The notes under the pieces: generated by a model
Seen by the model: the letters and a program-made list of their open reading frames with translations, nothing else
What the model was told of the DNA's origin: nothing
The model's database searches: none
Program-made: the position numbers and the translations under genes
Part shown: positions 1 through 11,136 of the stretch, one piece after another
Position numbering within the stretch: position 1 is the first letter of the stretch
How the letters are laid out: every line of letters begins with the position of its first letter
Source of the DNA: Chiloscyllium plagiosum
Taxonomy: Eukaryota
Reading direction: 5' to 3'
Length of the DNA stretch: 20,000 nt
NCBI RefSeq assembly: GCF_004010195.1
Contig: NC_057749.1
Location: 21,591,143-21,611,142 of the forward strand

Positions 1-379
1 AATCTAATCATTATTGTGAGATGGGAACAGGGAATTCCTTTTTAGTCTAGTTGATTCAGCGATGGTTTTACCCAAATGATCCAATTCACAAAGTATTCCA
101 GAAAATTATTGGAGCATCATGAGGTAGGATTAAGATCTGAAACATTAATGTAGGCATTAGTTCCAAACACTAGCTGAACCAGACAAACATAACTCAAGGC
201 AATTATCAAAATGAGAAATGCCGAGAATTTGTAGCCATTGTAGAGAGAATGTTTGACCTTTGACGGGAAAAAAAAAGATATCTTTGCAAAGATACCCTGG
301 TATCATTTGTCAATTGTGTTTGGCTGCTTTGAAAAGGGGAGAAACCTCTTGGGGAATGACAACATGATAAGTACCAATC

Positions 380-756
380 CAAGGCTTGATGTAAAAATTA
401 AATCTGGCCTCTGCAGTGAGGGAGCGCTATACTCTCATGGAGATGGTAAATCGAGACTCAGTTGGGATGACTGTAAGCTAAACATAACACCACTTTGAAG
501 AACAGGGGAAGACGAATGTGAAGGCTCGGACGGTAGGGGTGGGGAGTGTGCCTACTTTTTTGATTCCTGCCTGTTTGTCCTTCAAGTATCGTCGCAAAAG
601 TCGTCTGGATAATATCACACTGCCGTTTTTTGCAGAAGCTGGCAGTGTATAAATTGGCAGCAGTGATCCATATATTACAGCACTTTAAAAGGAATCCATT
701 GGTTGGAAAATGATGTAGCAAGAAAAGGTGCTATGTAAATGCAAGTATACCTTTTT
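380..756 (+). mobile_element. Highly decayed Deu-domain SINE (SacSINE1/AmnSINE-like)
   Basis: Remnant motifs gagggagcgct, aaattggcagcagtg and tail aaaggtgctatgtaaatgcaagt resemble the DeuSINE body and 3' tail, and match the copy at 10720-11136. Confidence 0.55.
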
Positions 757-1209
757 AATATCTGCTCCCTTTTCTGTTTTGGTTAAGGTGACGGCACATG
801 TATTCTTTGGGGACTTTCTGACCATTTTTGTCGCAGAGTTTATTTTTCAAAGTTTCCTTCAATGGTTAGAGTGGAAGAAAATACGTATTTACTTCGTCAA
901 GTTTAAAAATGAAGGCTCTCAGACATGGGGAAATTCAGATTTAAATTTTCCCTAAAACTTCCAAACGACAAACTAGTGCTTCCCAAATATTGTTCAACTG
1001 GGATCACAACGTGAGGAGTGAAAATGGTAGTGCTCCCTCAGCGAGGACAGTGTGGAGGGAGTTAGGGGTATAGGTGGGGGGAGAGGCCCTGCCAGAGCCA
1101 GACGCAGTTGTTGTAACTCAGTCAAAGCTCGGCAGTGGCCAGAACATATGAGCTCAACATTTCAGCTCGTGAGCCCCCTCATATCCCAGCCTCTACTTTG
1201 GGAAGCCTC

Positions 1210-1850
1210 TTTTTTTACTCACTCATGGGATGCGGGAGTCACTGCCTGGGGTCCTGTCCCTAGTTGCCCCTTGAGAAGGTGGGGGTGAGCTGCCTTCTAT
1301 GAACCACTGTAGTCTGCCTGCTGTGGGTAGACCCACAATGCTATTAGGCGAGGAATTCCAGGATTTTCACCCAGCGACAGTGAAGGAACGGCGATATGTT
1401 TCCAAGTCGGGATGGTGAGTGGCTTTGAGTGGAGCTTGGAGGGGGGTGGTGTTCCCATGCTGCTGCTGCCCTTGTCCTTCTCAATAGAAGTGGTCATGGG
1501 TTTGAAAGGTGCTGTCTGAGGATCTTTGGTGAATTTCTACCATGCATCTTGTAGATAGTACACACTGCTTTTACTGAGCGTTGGTGGTGGAGGGGGTGAA
1601 TGTTTGTGGATATGGTAGCTGGCTGTTTTCCCTTGAATAATGTCAAGCTTTTTGAGTGTTGTTGGAGCTGCACCCATCCAGGCAAGTGGGGAGTATTCCA
1701 TCACACTCTTGACTTGTACCTTATAGATGGTGGGCAGGTTTTGTAGAGTTATGAGGTGAGCTATTCACAGGAGCATTCCCTGCTCTTGTAGCCACTGCAT
1801 TTATATGGCCAGTCCAGTTCAGACTCCGGTCAATGGGAACCCTCAGGATT
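1210..1850 (-). mobile_element. 5'-truncated LINE 3' end, 'family A' (CR1/L2/Jockey-group)
   Basis: The same sequence (ccctagttgccccttgagaaggt...gaattccaggatttt...) recurs at 3240, 13325, 16915 and 19555. The T-run at 1210 is an A-rich tail on the minus strand. Confidence 0.85.
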
Positions 1851-1919
1851 TTGGCAGTGACATTGCATAAGCAATTCCTGTAGTAAGTAACTCCTCACTG
1901 AGAAAAGTGCATTGTGATG

Positions 1920-2850
1920 GACCATTAGACCATGAGATACAGGAGCAGAGTTTGGCCTTTCAACCCATTGAGTTTGAGATGTTTCTCAGACCCATCCTCC
2001 TGCCTGTAACCTTTGATCCCTTTACTAAACAAGAACCTATCTATGTCTGAAATACACACAGTGACCTGGCCTCCACAACCCTCAGCGACAATGACTTCCA
2101 CAGATTAACCACCTATTGGCTGAAAGAAATCCTCCCCATCTCAGTTCTAAGGGATCCTCCCTTCATTCTGAGGCTGTACTCTCAAGTTCTAGTCTGTCCT
2201 ATGAGTCAAAACATCTTTTCCATGTTCACTCTTTCTCGGCCTCTCAGTATCCTGTAAGTTTCAATCCGATCCTCCCTTATCCTTCTGAATTCCATCAAAT
2301 ACAGACCCAGAATCCTCAGCTGCTCCTCATATGACAAGCCCGACATCCCCTGGATCATTCCTGTAAACCTCCTCTGGATCCCCTCCCAGGACAGCACATC
2401 TTCCTTAGATACGAGGCCCAAAACCGCTCACAATATTCCAAATGCAGTCTGATCAGAGCCTTATACAGCTTCATCAGTACATCCCTGCTCTTGTATGGCA
2501 GCCCTCGAAATGAATGCTGACATTACATTTGTCCTCCTAACTGTCAATTGAACTTGCATGTTAACCTTAAGAGAATCCTGAACTCGGACCCCTATAGTCC
2601 CTTTGTGTTTCGGATTCTGGAGGCCTTTCTGCGTTGAGAAAATATTTATACTTTGAGTCTGCCGAGCAAAGTGCATGAGCTCACACTTTCCCATATTGGA
2701 GTCCATCTGCCATTTGCTTGCTCACACCCTTAGCCTGTCCACCTCCTTCTGTAGCCTTCTCATTTCCTCAGCACTTCCCTCCACCTATCTTGGTGTCATC
2801 TGCAAACTCAGCAACTATGCCCTCAGTTCCTTTGCCCAGATCATTGATGT
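1920..2850 (-). mobile_element. CR1-clade LINE fragment (ORF2 RT C-terminus plus 3' UTR), frameshifted
   Basis: The minus strand encodes EFADDTKIGG (about 2780-2810) and QRRFTGMIQGMSGLSYEEQLRILGLYLMEFRR. Confidence 0.92.
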
Positions 2851-3229
2851 CTCACACGTTGAGGTATTCTCTGATCCTTCGTGAAGGTCACTTTCTGAAA
2901 CTTCTGGTTTCTGGCCAGGAAATAAAAGTACATGCTCTGCCACATTTCTCCAACCGAAGAAGTCACAAGGTCACAGTCTTGACTTTAGCCTGAAGCCAAG
3001 ACGTACACTCGCTGGGAAATAATAACTTCATTGCTTTATACATTTCTTTTATCCACAAAGATGTAGATCACAGACTGAGTTAAATCAATCGGAACATAAC
3101 CATTGCTCTGTGCATGCAACGTCAGTGAAGCGACATAACAAATTGTTAAATATCGTTTGATAACATCCCTGTAAAATGACTTGGGATCTTTTGCTATGAT
3201 AAAAATGCTCTTTAACTGACCTCAATTTT

Positions 3230-4232
3230 TTTTTAAAAAGTCCATCATGGGGATGTGGGTGTCACTGGCAAAGTCAGCATTTATTGCATTCAGTGCCCAT
3301 CCTTAGTTGCCCTTGTGGAGGTGGTGGGGAGCTGCCTCCTTCAACCACTGCACTCTCTGTGATGCAGGTTGACCCACAATGCCATTGGGGTGTGTGTCTG
3401 TGTCTGTATGTATGTATGTATGTATGTGTGTATGTATGTATGTGTGTGTGTATGTATGTGTGCGTGTCTGTGTGTGTGTGTCTGTGTATGTATGTGAGAT
3501 GAGAGAGAGTTGGTGTGTGTGAGAGTGTGTGTCTGTGTGTGTCTGTGTGTGTGTCTGTGTGTGTGTGTCTGTATGTGTGTGTGTCTGTGTGCATGTGTGT
3601 ATGCGTGTGTGTCTGTGTGTGTCTGTGTGTGTGTCTGTGTGTGNNNNNNNNNNNNNNNNNNNNNNNNNNNNNNNNNNNNNNNNNNNNNNNNNNNNNNNNN
3701 NNNNNNNNNNNNNNNNNNNNNNNNNNNNNNNNNNNNNNNNNNNNNNNNNNNNNNNNNNNNNNNNNNNNNNNNNNNNNNNNNNNNNNNNNNNNNNNNNNNN
3801 NNNNNNNNNNNNNNNNNNNNNNNNNNNNNNNNNNNNNNNNNNNNNNNNNNNNNNNNNNNNNNNNNNNNNNNNNNNNNNNNNNNNNNNNNNNNNNNNNNNN
3901 NNNNNNNNNNNNNNNNNNNNNNNNNNNNNNNNNNNNNNNNNNNNNNNNNNNNNNNNNNNNNNNNNNNNNNNNNNNNNNNNNNNNNNNNNNNNNNNNNNNN
4001 NNNNNNNNNNNNNNNNNNNNNNNNNNNNNNNNNNNNNNNNNNNTATCTGTGTGTGTGTCTGTGTGTTGTGTGTGTGAGTGTGTGTGTGTGTCTGTGTATG
4101 AAGTCCCAGGGTTTTCTCCCAGTGACAGTGAAAGAATGGCAGTATGTTTCCAAGTCAGGGTGGGGAGGGGCTTGAAGGAGAACCTGCAGAGGCTGGTGTT
4201 CCCATGGACCTGCTGCCCTTGTCCTTCTAGTT
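3230..4232 (-). mobile_element. Family A LINE 3' fragment split by a microsatellite and an N gap
   Basis: 3240-3388 and 4100-4232 are consecutive parts of the 1210-1850 copy. Confidence 0.8.
3389..4099. repeat. Compound (TG)n/(TCTG)/(TATG) microsatellite containing a 400-N assembly gap (3644-4043)
   Basis: Seen directly in the sequence. Confidence 0.98.
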
Positions 4233-4377
4233 TTCCTTAATGCTGGAATGTGGGAGAAGGCCGGATGTGGGAGAAGGCTTGTCTATCGGTATGTGCAGAC
4301 AATGGAGTAAGTGGCCTCTTCCTATGCCATAAATGTTCTATGTTTCTAAGTGTCCGTGCAGATAGTTTTTCAACAAC

Positions 4378-5235
4378 CCAGGAATGGGAGCAGGTCATTC
4401 AGCCCATTGAGCCTGGATGACCATTCTACAGCATGGCTGAACTTCCAGTTCAACCACTGCCTTCCCATGCTATTTTGAGATGTCTTAACGTCTTTAGTCC
4501 CTGGAATCTTATTGGTCTGTGGGGTCTCAAACCTACTCAGCCTACTTGGGTAGAAATTTTCAAAGATCCGCCACCCTCTGAGTGAAGGAATTCCTCCTCA
4601 TCTCATTCTTAAATGGCTAACCCTTTCCCCTGAGGTTATATCTCTCGCAACTATCCTCTCCATACCCACCCTTTCACATCCTTTAAGAATTTTGTACATC
4701 TCAGTGAGATTCCATTCTTGGAAGTTCTCGAGAATATCGAGAATACAGAATATGTCTTTTAATAAGACCATCCAGCCATTCCAGGAAATAATTTGATAAA
4801 CCTCCTGTTGTACTTCCTCTCTGACAAGTCCATCCATCCTCAAACAAGGAGACTAAAGCTTTACACAATACTCCAGGTGAGGTCTCACCAACTCCATACA
4901 GACGCACGAAGATATCTTGTAGGCAGAAGTGGGTACTGCAGATTAGAGTCAAGATTAGAGTGGTGCTGGAAAAGCTCAGCAGGTCAGGCAGCATCCGAGG
5001 AGCAGGAAGAGTCAATGTTCCATCACCACTCTAATCTTGAATGTAAGACATCTTGTGCTGAAATCCCCCCCCCCCCGCTCTGTGATCAAGGCCAACAGAT
5101 TGTTCGCCTTTCTAATTGCTTGTTGCACCTGCAGGCTAGTTTCTAGTGACTCCTGAGAAGGATATCCCTTGGACAACAGCACTTCCTAACTCTCACCATT
5201 CACAGAACATTGTGCCTTTCAGTTTTTTTTTCTGC
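4378..5235 (-). mobile_element. Decayed CR1 LINE 3' fragment interrupted by a Penelope-like insertion
   Basis: Starts with a CR1-type 3' end (ggagcaggtcattcagcccattgag). The minus strand encodes LTEMYKILKG, similar to CR1 LIEVYKIMRG. Confidence 0.8.
4921..5044 (-). mobile_element. Short Penelope-like terminal fragment with an inverted end and a 12-bp TSD
   Basis: Closely matches the copy starting at 19787. Perfect 17-bp inverted repeat at 4949-4965/5024-5040. Flanked by aagatatcttgt (4909-4920) and aagacatcttgt (5045-5056). Confidence 0.88.
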
Positions 5236-5464
5236 TAACCGAATACCTTCAGCGACAGCGGAACAACGTTGGATTCTGAGACATGGGTGGCAGGGAAATT
5301 CACTCTTCATACTTGTGGCTATCCACAATACAAATCACAGAAAAATCAAATGATTGTCATTGCAGTTATTGTAACAAGGTCAGTCAGCTTGACATCATAG
5401 GATATGAGCTCCCTGATTGGGGCTGTTAATCTGGTCCAATTAGGTAGCCCTGGCTGACATAAAA

Positions 5465-5707
5465 ATGTGTGGTGCTGGAAAAGCACAGCAGGTCAGGCAG
5501 CATCCGAGGAGCAGGAGAGTCGATGTTTCGGGTATAAGCCCTCCACCAGGAATGTGGTCAGGCCACATTCAAGGATGCTTCTGATGAAGGGCTTATGCCC
5601 GAAATGTCGACTCTCCTGCTCCTCAGATGATGCCTGACCAGCTGTGCTTTTCCAGCGCCACACTTTTCGACGCTGACTCTCCAGCATTTGCAGCCCTCAC
5701 TGTCTCT
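5465..5707. mobile_element. Palindromic Penelope-like element with two opposed hammerhead motifs
   Basis: 5468-5550 is the inverted complement of about 5580-5663. Central hairpin gaatgtgg-tcagg-ccacattc. TSD cataaaa at 5458-5464 and 5708-5714. Confidence 0.9.
5581..5608 (+). ncRNA. Minimal type I hammerhead ribozyme motif with one helix-III substitution
   Basis: CUGAUGA-A-GGGC-UUAU-GCCC-GAAA-U-GUC; intact copies read GAAA-C-GUC. Confidence 0.7.
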
Positions 5708-5894
5708 CATAAAAGGGTGAACGTCAGGGCTGACACTCTGGTGTCTGACTCTGTATGAGGCAGTATTATAGTCAAAGGCTATTCATGTTTAAATAAAGGG
5801 GCACTTGGTGATGGATACCGGCCTCTGTCATCAGACACCTCTGGTTTTCTGTAGAGTCCACATCCTGGCTAGATGATATTGGAATAGGGATAGG

Positions 5895-6092
5895 CAAAGG
5901 GATCTCTGACCCTACAGGGCATTACTGAACCAGATGGGTTTATCACCAACATCGGTTATCATTAGACTAGCTTTTCAGTCTCGATTTTATTGAATACTTC
6001 ACCATCTGCTAGAGTTGGATCTGAACCCATGTGCCCAGAACACTGTCCTGCAGTTCCTGATTCCGAACCCTGCAACAATACAAGAACACCTT
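5895..6092 (-). mobile_element. Decayed tRNA-derived shark SINE
   Basis: The minus strand reads ...catgggttcagatccaac... (B-box-like) followed by aaacccatctggttcagtaatgccc, typical of an elasmobranch SINE (recalled). Confidence 0.6.
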
Positions 6093-6259
6093 GTCACAAC
6101 GTTGCTAGATCATTTCTTCATATTGTCATTTCCTTTTAAAATGTGGGAGATGGTTATACAATCAGATATCACTCCTGTTCTGACCTCTACCATCTGGATG
6201 CTGACACCAATGCTCTCTGGCTTATCTGTACCAGTCGCTGGATTCTTCCATAGCCAACA

Positions 6260-6322
6260 CGTCCTGGAGTGGGAATCAACATTGGGAGCCCTAGAGGCAG
6301 GAGCACTACCCACTGAACCATT
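6260..6322 (-). mobile_element. SINE tRNA-like head fragment
   Basis: The minus strand reads tggttcagtgggtagtgc (A box)...gttgattcccactccagg (B box). A similar piece lies on the + strand near 7193-7220. Confidence 0.55.
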
Positions 6323-6704
6323 TAGTCCCTTGAATGCCCAAAGCCACCTTTCACTCATGTTAAATTCAGGCTTTTACAAATCTCCAATCACTGTTCCAGA
6401 AGTGATACATGTTTTCACAATATAGTTCTATCGATGGGACATTGTTCACTTTATATCAAGTATGGACATTATCTGAGAATAATATAGGTCAGGGAATGGG
6501 ACATAACAAAACTCTGCAGAACTACTTGAAGCTGTGGGAAGAGGAGTAGTTATTATTTAGACTTCAATGAGTTGTCAAATGTTTTAATAGGAAGGAACGA
6601 GTGAAGGTCAGGGTAGGGTACTGATTGTACTTTATAATCAGCATTGAATAAAAGAGCTGAAGTACATTGGAAAACATTGTGTAAATGTGCAAGTCTTAGC
6701 TGTG

Positions 6705-6836
6705 GGTGGTCAGATAGCTCAGCTGGCTGGACAGCTGGTTTGTAATATAGTGTGATGACCCTAACTCCTCACTTGAGGCCTGGTGACCCAACAGCAGTTG
6801 TCTCCCTCTATCTGTCTCTAATGGGAGAGCAGGACC
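6705..6836 (+). mobile_element. Decayed tRNA-derived SINE with internal deletions
   Basis: A-box-like tagctcagctgg followed by gctggtttgt...gaggcctggtgaccc...tctctaatgggagagcag. Confidence 0.5.
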
Positions 6837-7301
6837 AAGTTAACATTGCTAATTCCATTTGCAGTAAATGTAGATTAACTGACACTGATCAGGATAATTA
6901 CCTCTCACGGAATTGTCTGCCTGTACGCATCACTGTTTACTTTTAGTTTAATCTGTTTATCAACCAAACCTTTAATGCTCTTCCCTCAGTAGTGACCTCA
7001 ATGACGTAAAGTGTTCCAACCATCACCAAACTGTTGCCTTGCACTAGTTCTTTATTAGTTATCCATTGGTATTTTACTGTCTCTTAAAACTCAAAGAAAG
7101 TGCTGGTGCCTTTCCATTATTATATCCTCACCTTCCCTGATTTAACCATGAAATTAAAGGTAATGAAAGATAATAATCTACATCCAAAGCTCTGGGTTTG
7201 ACTCCCACTCCAGGACTTGATGGTAATCAATAGTGCATTCATAACAGGTTGGGCCAACAGGTAATTTGTTCAAGTAGCAGACCTTGAGAGAAATTCCTGA
7301 T

Positions 7302-7480
7302 GAGAAAGTGAGGAGTGCAGATGTTGGACATCAGAGTCGAGAGTGTGGTGCTGGAAAAGCACAGCCGGTCAGGCAGCATCCGAGGAGCAGGAGAGTCGAT
7401 GTTTTGAGCATAAGCTGTTCCGATCCTCCTGCTCCTTGGATGCTGCCTGACCTGCTGTGCCTTCCCCAGCACCACACTTT
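7302..7480. mobile_element. Palindromic Penelope-like element
   Basis: 7342-7394 (agtgtggtgctgg...ggagcaggag) is inverted at about 7426-7478. Degenerate hammerhead in the spacer. Imperfect flanking repeat attcctgatga/attctgatga. Confidence 0.88.
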
Positions 7481-8065
7481 TAGAGATTCTGATGAATCAG
7501 GCTTGCTGCTAGATAGCAACTATCTCAGATTGAGAAATTACTTAGTAAGATGTCTGGTTTTCTTTAAATGGGGGAGCAAAAGATATATTTACCTTGAGCA
7601 AGATGGTGATTCTGCAATTGATTCTTGGAACTGGGTAATATTTAAATCCCAGTCCCAGTACAGGTAACAAACCTGTTGCAATGATTTAGGAAAGGCAACA
7701 GGATCTCCTATAATCCAGCAGAGACAAAACGAAACCAATTACATGCAGCTGTGAATAGTGCAGCCAACCATCTGAAACAGCACAATTTGTGATCAAATAA
7801 AAAATGCTAAATCTAGTTAAAAACTCACAGCTGCAGAAGCAGACATAGGCATGTAGTTTGTCTGCGTTGTAAAACATGGGAAAGCATTTTACATCTAATT
7901 ATGTGGAATCAGGTGGGGACATGTAGCATGAGTGGTAGTTTCATACTTGTCAATTATTTCAGCAATGTTTCTGGCACAGAGATTACTATGTGCTGTTATA
8001 TAAGGATGAGGTGCAGGATTGAGCAATTCAACCTCTCGAGCCATTTACTACCATCATGATCTCAA

Positions 8066-9820
8066 GGACTCATAGTCATTGAGTCAGAGAGTCATACAGC
8101 ATGGAAACAGACCTTTCGGCCCAACTAGTCCACTCTGACCATGTTCCCAAACAGAACTAGTCTAATTTGCCTGTGTTTGGCCCTTATCCCTCCAAACCTT
8201 TCCTGTTCATGTACGTATCCAAATGTCTTTTAAATGTTGCAACTGCACCTGCATTCACCACTTCCTGTGGGAGTTTATTCCATACACCAACCAATCTCTG
8301 AGTAAAAAAAAGCTGTCCTTCATGTTCTTTCTAAAACTTTCTCCTCGCACCTTAAAAACATATTCCCTTGTTTTAAACTCCCCCACCTTATCCATGCCCC
8401 TCATAATTTTATAAACCTCTATAAGGTCACTCCTCAATCTCCTCAGCTCCAGTGAAAAAAAGCCCAGCCTATCCAGCTTATTTTTATAACACAAACCCTC
8501 CATTCCCAGCAATATCCTTACACATCTTCTCTGAACTCTCTTCAGTTGAATAATATTCTTCCTACAGCAGGGTGACCAGAACTGTACACAGTATTCCAGA
8601 AGAGGCCTCACCAATGTCCTGTACAACCTCAACATGACGTCCCAACTCCTATACTCAAAGGTCTGAGCAATGAAGGCAAGCGTGCTAAACACCTTATTAA
8701 CCCCCCCCCCCCGTCTACCTGTGATGCAAACTTTAAGAATTATGTAGCTGAACCCTTAGGTCTTTCTGTTCTACAACACTTCCCAGGACTCTACCATTAA
8801 TTATATAAGTCCTGACCTGGTTTGTTTTACCAAAATGCAATGCCTCGCATTTATCCAAATTAAACTCCATCAGCCCATTGAGCCAATTGACCAAGATCGC
8901 TTTGTAATCTTCGATAGCCTTCTTCGCTGTCGACTATGCCACTAATTTCCGTGTCATATGCCAACTTACAAACCATGCCTCCTATACTCTCATCCAAATC
9001 GTTTGTATAAATGATAAACAAAAATGGACCCATTGCCGATACCTGCAGAACACTGCTGGTCACAGACCTCCAACACCACCCTCTGTCTCCTACCATCAAG
9101 CCAAATTTGTACCCAACTGGCAAACTCACCCTGAATCCCATGTGACTTTGCTAATTAGTCTACTGTGCAGAACCCCATCAAAAGCTTTACTAACATCCGT
9201 GTAAACAATGTCGATCACTCTGCCCTCATCAATCCTTTTGGTTACTGTCTCAGAAAACTCAATCAGGCGTGTGCGAAATGATTCCCCTCGCAGTTTGCAG
9301 ACTATCCCTAATCATTCCTTATGTCTCCAAATGCATGCCAATCCATCTTTCAGAATCACCTGCAACGCCTACCCACCACTCTCTTGTCTGTAGTTCCCAG
9401 ACTTCTCCTTACAGCCTTTCTTAAACAAAGGCACAACCTCCCAATCTTCCTGCACCTCACCCAAGGTTATAGATGATACAAATATTTCTGCTAGTGGCCC
9501 AGCAATTTCTTCCCTAACTTCCCACAATGTCCAGGAATACACTTGATCAGGTCCTGGAGATTTACCCACCTTTATGTTTTCTAAGATCAACAGCACTTCC
9601 TCTTTTGGCAATGTGAACTGTTTTCAAAACATCAACATTTATTTTCCCAAATTCTCAAGCCTCTGTTCCTTTCTCCACAGTCGAAACTGAAGGAAAATAT
9701 TCGTTATGTTTCCAACCACCTGAGGCTCAATGTGTAGACCATCTCATTGATCTGGAAGGGGCCATATTCTCTCTCTAGTTGCTCTTAATGTACTTTTCGA
9801 ATCTCTTTGGATTATCCTTA
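8066..9820 (-). mobile_element. CR1-clade (HER1-like) LINE, 5'-truncated, ORF2 pseudogene
   Basis: Minus-strand peptides GKSPGPDQVY...EEIAGPLAEIF...PLFKKG...GNYR, GPFLFIIYTNDLD and LYRTLVRPLLEYCVQFWSP. The 3' tail is a short repeat (tcatag/tcagag). Confidence 0.95.
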
Positions 9821-10719
9821 ATCCTCAACTCCATTGTCCTGCTCGCTCTCCATAACCCTTGACCCGACATTAATTAAAAATCTGTCTAGCCCCTTTTTCA
9901 ATCCTGGCAACCACCTCATTCTGGGCGAGCAAATTCCAAAGATTCAAGACCATTTATGAAAATTAGTTTTCATACCCTAAAGCTATGACCTCTTGTTCCA
10001 GAGTGGCCCCCAATGAACAGTATTTGCTCTGCGCCTATTGCTTCGGAAAGAAGACTTTCTAAGGTCGCGTCTGATCATTTCACCAATTGTTTAAAGGATA
10101 GGTTAATTAACAGGGTGACTGGTATCAATGATGGAGTTTTATTATGTCAAATAAAGGGGACTGGATCAACTTCTGTACCTTGAGGAAATTTTGTTGAAGA
10201 TGTGTTTACCAGAACCTGACAGCACATTAATCATATTCATTATTAAAACACAAAGGCGTCATTATTACTCAGATATTTCAGAGGAAATGTCCATTTAGTC
10301 TTCACTTCTCAACCATATTTATAGCATTTGGAAACTCTGAGCTTTTGTATCCTTGTCATTACACTGATAAGCAGTGATGATATAAATTTCAAAAGAGTTG
10401 CTTGAGTATTGTACACCACAGCACATTTCAGGGAGCTTTCTGAATTAGGAATCACAGCTCTTTCCACTAATTACTTGAACTTAGTGTGCCAATCTCATGT
10501 TTATTATTTTAAAACAGGACAAATGAGGTAATGTTTTCACTATCTTATCCAGCCATTGGGTGAGAACAATGATGCTTCATTGAGATTTAACCCTGAGCAT
10601 CCACCCTCACTCTGACCCTCTGGGGCTGTGCTGTTGGGTAAAGCTAGTGATGTGGTATATTGTGGGGAGGCGGGTGTGGTGTTCAGCAGGGCACAGTGTC
10701 TCTGCCATGTCCTGGTACC

Positions 10720-11136
10720 CCATTCGCCCCCTCAGGTGAATGTGAAAAATGGCATGACATCATTTAATGTGCTGGTTAATATTTATCCCTTTAACCAATA
10801 AAACAGGCAATCTACTCATGGGAGAAAGTGATGACTGAAAATGTGTTGCTGGAAAAGCGCAGCAGGTCAGGCAGCATCCAAGGAGCAGGAGAATTGACGT
10901 TTTGGGCATGAGCCCTTCTTCAGGAGTGTAGTTTGGCGCATCGACCTTTACACCGCTGAGGCTAAACGCCAGATCGCGGCCACCTCCTCCTACTGCCCCC
11001 TTGACCAATCTACTCATGGGAGCTTGCTGTGTGTAAATTGGCAGTTGTGTTTCTAAAATTAATTCAGCAACATTTCATGAATATTATTGGCCATAAGTTG
11101 ACTTTAGAACAGCCTGAATGGCACTATATAAATGCA
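10720..11136 (+). mobile_element. Deu-domain SINE (SacSINE1-like) interrupted by a Penelope insertion
   Basis: ccctcaggtgaatgtgaaaa, aatatttatcccttt, gggagcttgctgtgtgtaaattggc and tail ggcactatataaatgca. Confidence 0.7.
10825..11005. mobile_element. Penelope-like insertion: minus-strand 3' end plus an inverted RT-ORF piece, 17-bp TSD
   Basis: Perfect TSD caatctactcatgggag at 10808-10824 and 11006-11022. 10928-11005 on the + strand encodes VVWRIDLYTAEAKRQIAATSSYCPLD, like the region after DKGG in Penelope RT. Hammerhead with GAAA>AAAA at 10896-10923 on the minus strand. Confidence 0.9.

Larger units (their letters stand above)
5370..5833 (+). mobile_element. Probable solo LTR (about 210 bp) interrupted by a Penelope-like fold-back element
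   Basis: Begins with TG (tgtaacaagg); CCAAT motifs at 5415-5420 (inverted) and 5436-5440; TATA-like ataaaa; AATAAA at 5792-5797; ends near CA at 5830/5833. Resembles a shark LTR from memory. Confidence 0.5.

Noticed and set aside
2919..2969. Possible + strand 51-nt exon
   Set aside because: Weak donor (gtcaca) and no semaphorin similarity.
3274..4240. Long HT/CV-repeat ORFs and X-filled ORFs (also 12260-12688 and 15600-16378)
   Set aside because: Artefacts of TG microsatellites and N gaps.
4248..4278. 14-bp tandem duplication atgtgggagaaggc
   Set aside because: A local slippage duplication with only a 3-bp spacer; no further structure.
6530..6610. AVGRGV / YYLDFNE resembling SEMA7A VGGRGKVYLFDF
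   Set aside because: Needs a frameshift, contains stops and lacks splice signals; more likely a decayed LINE RT remnant.
8255..8692. 145-aa ORF as a functional gene
   Set aside because: A CR1 ORF2 fragment; the rest of the element is frameshifted and truncated.
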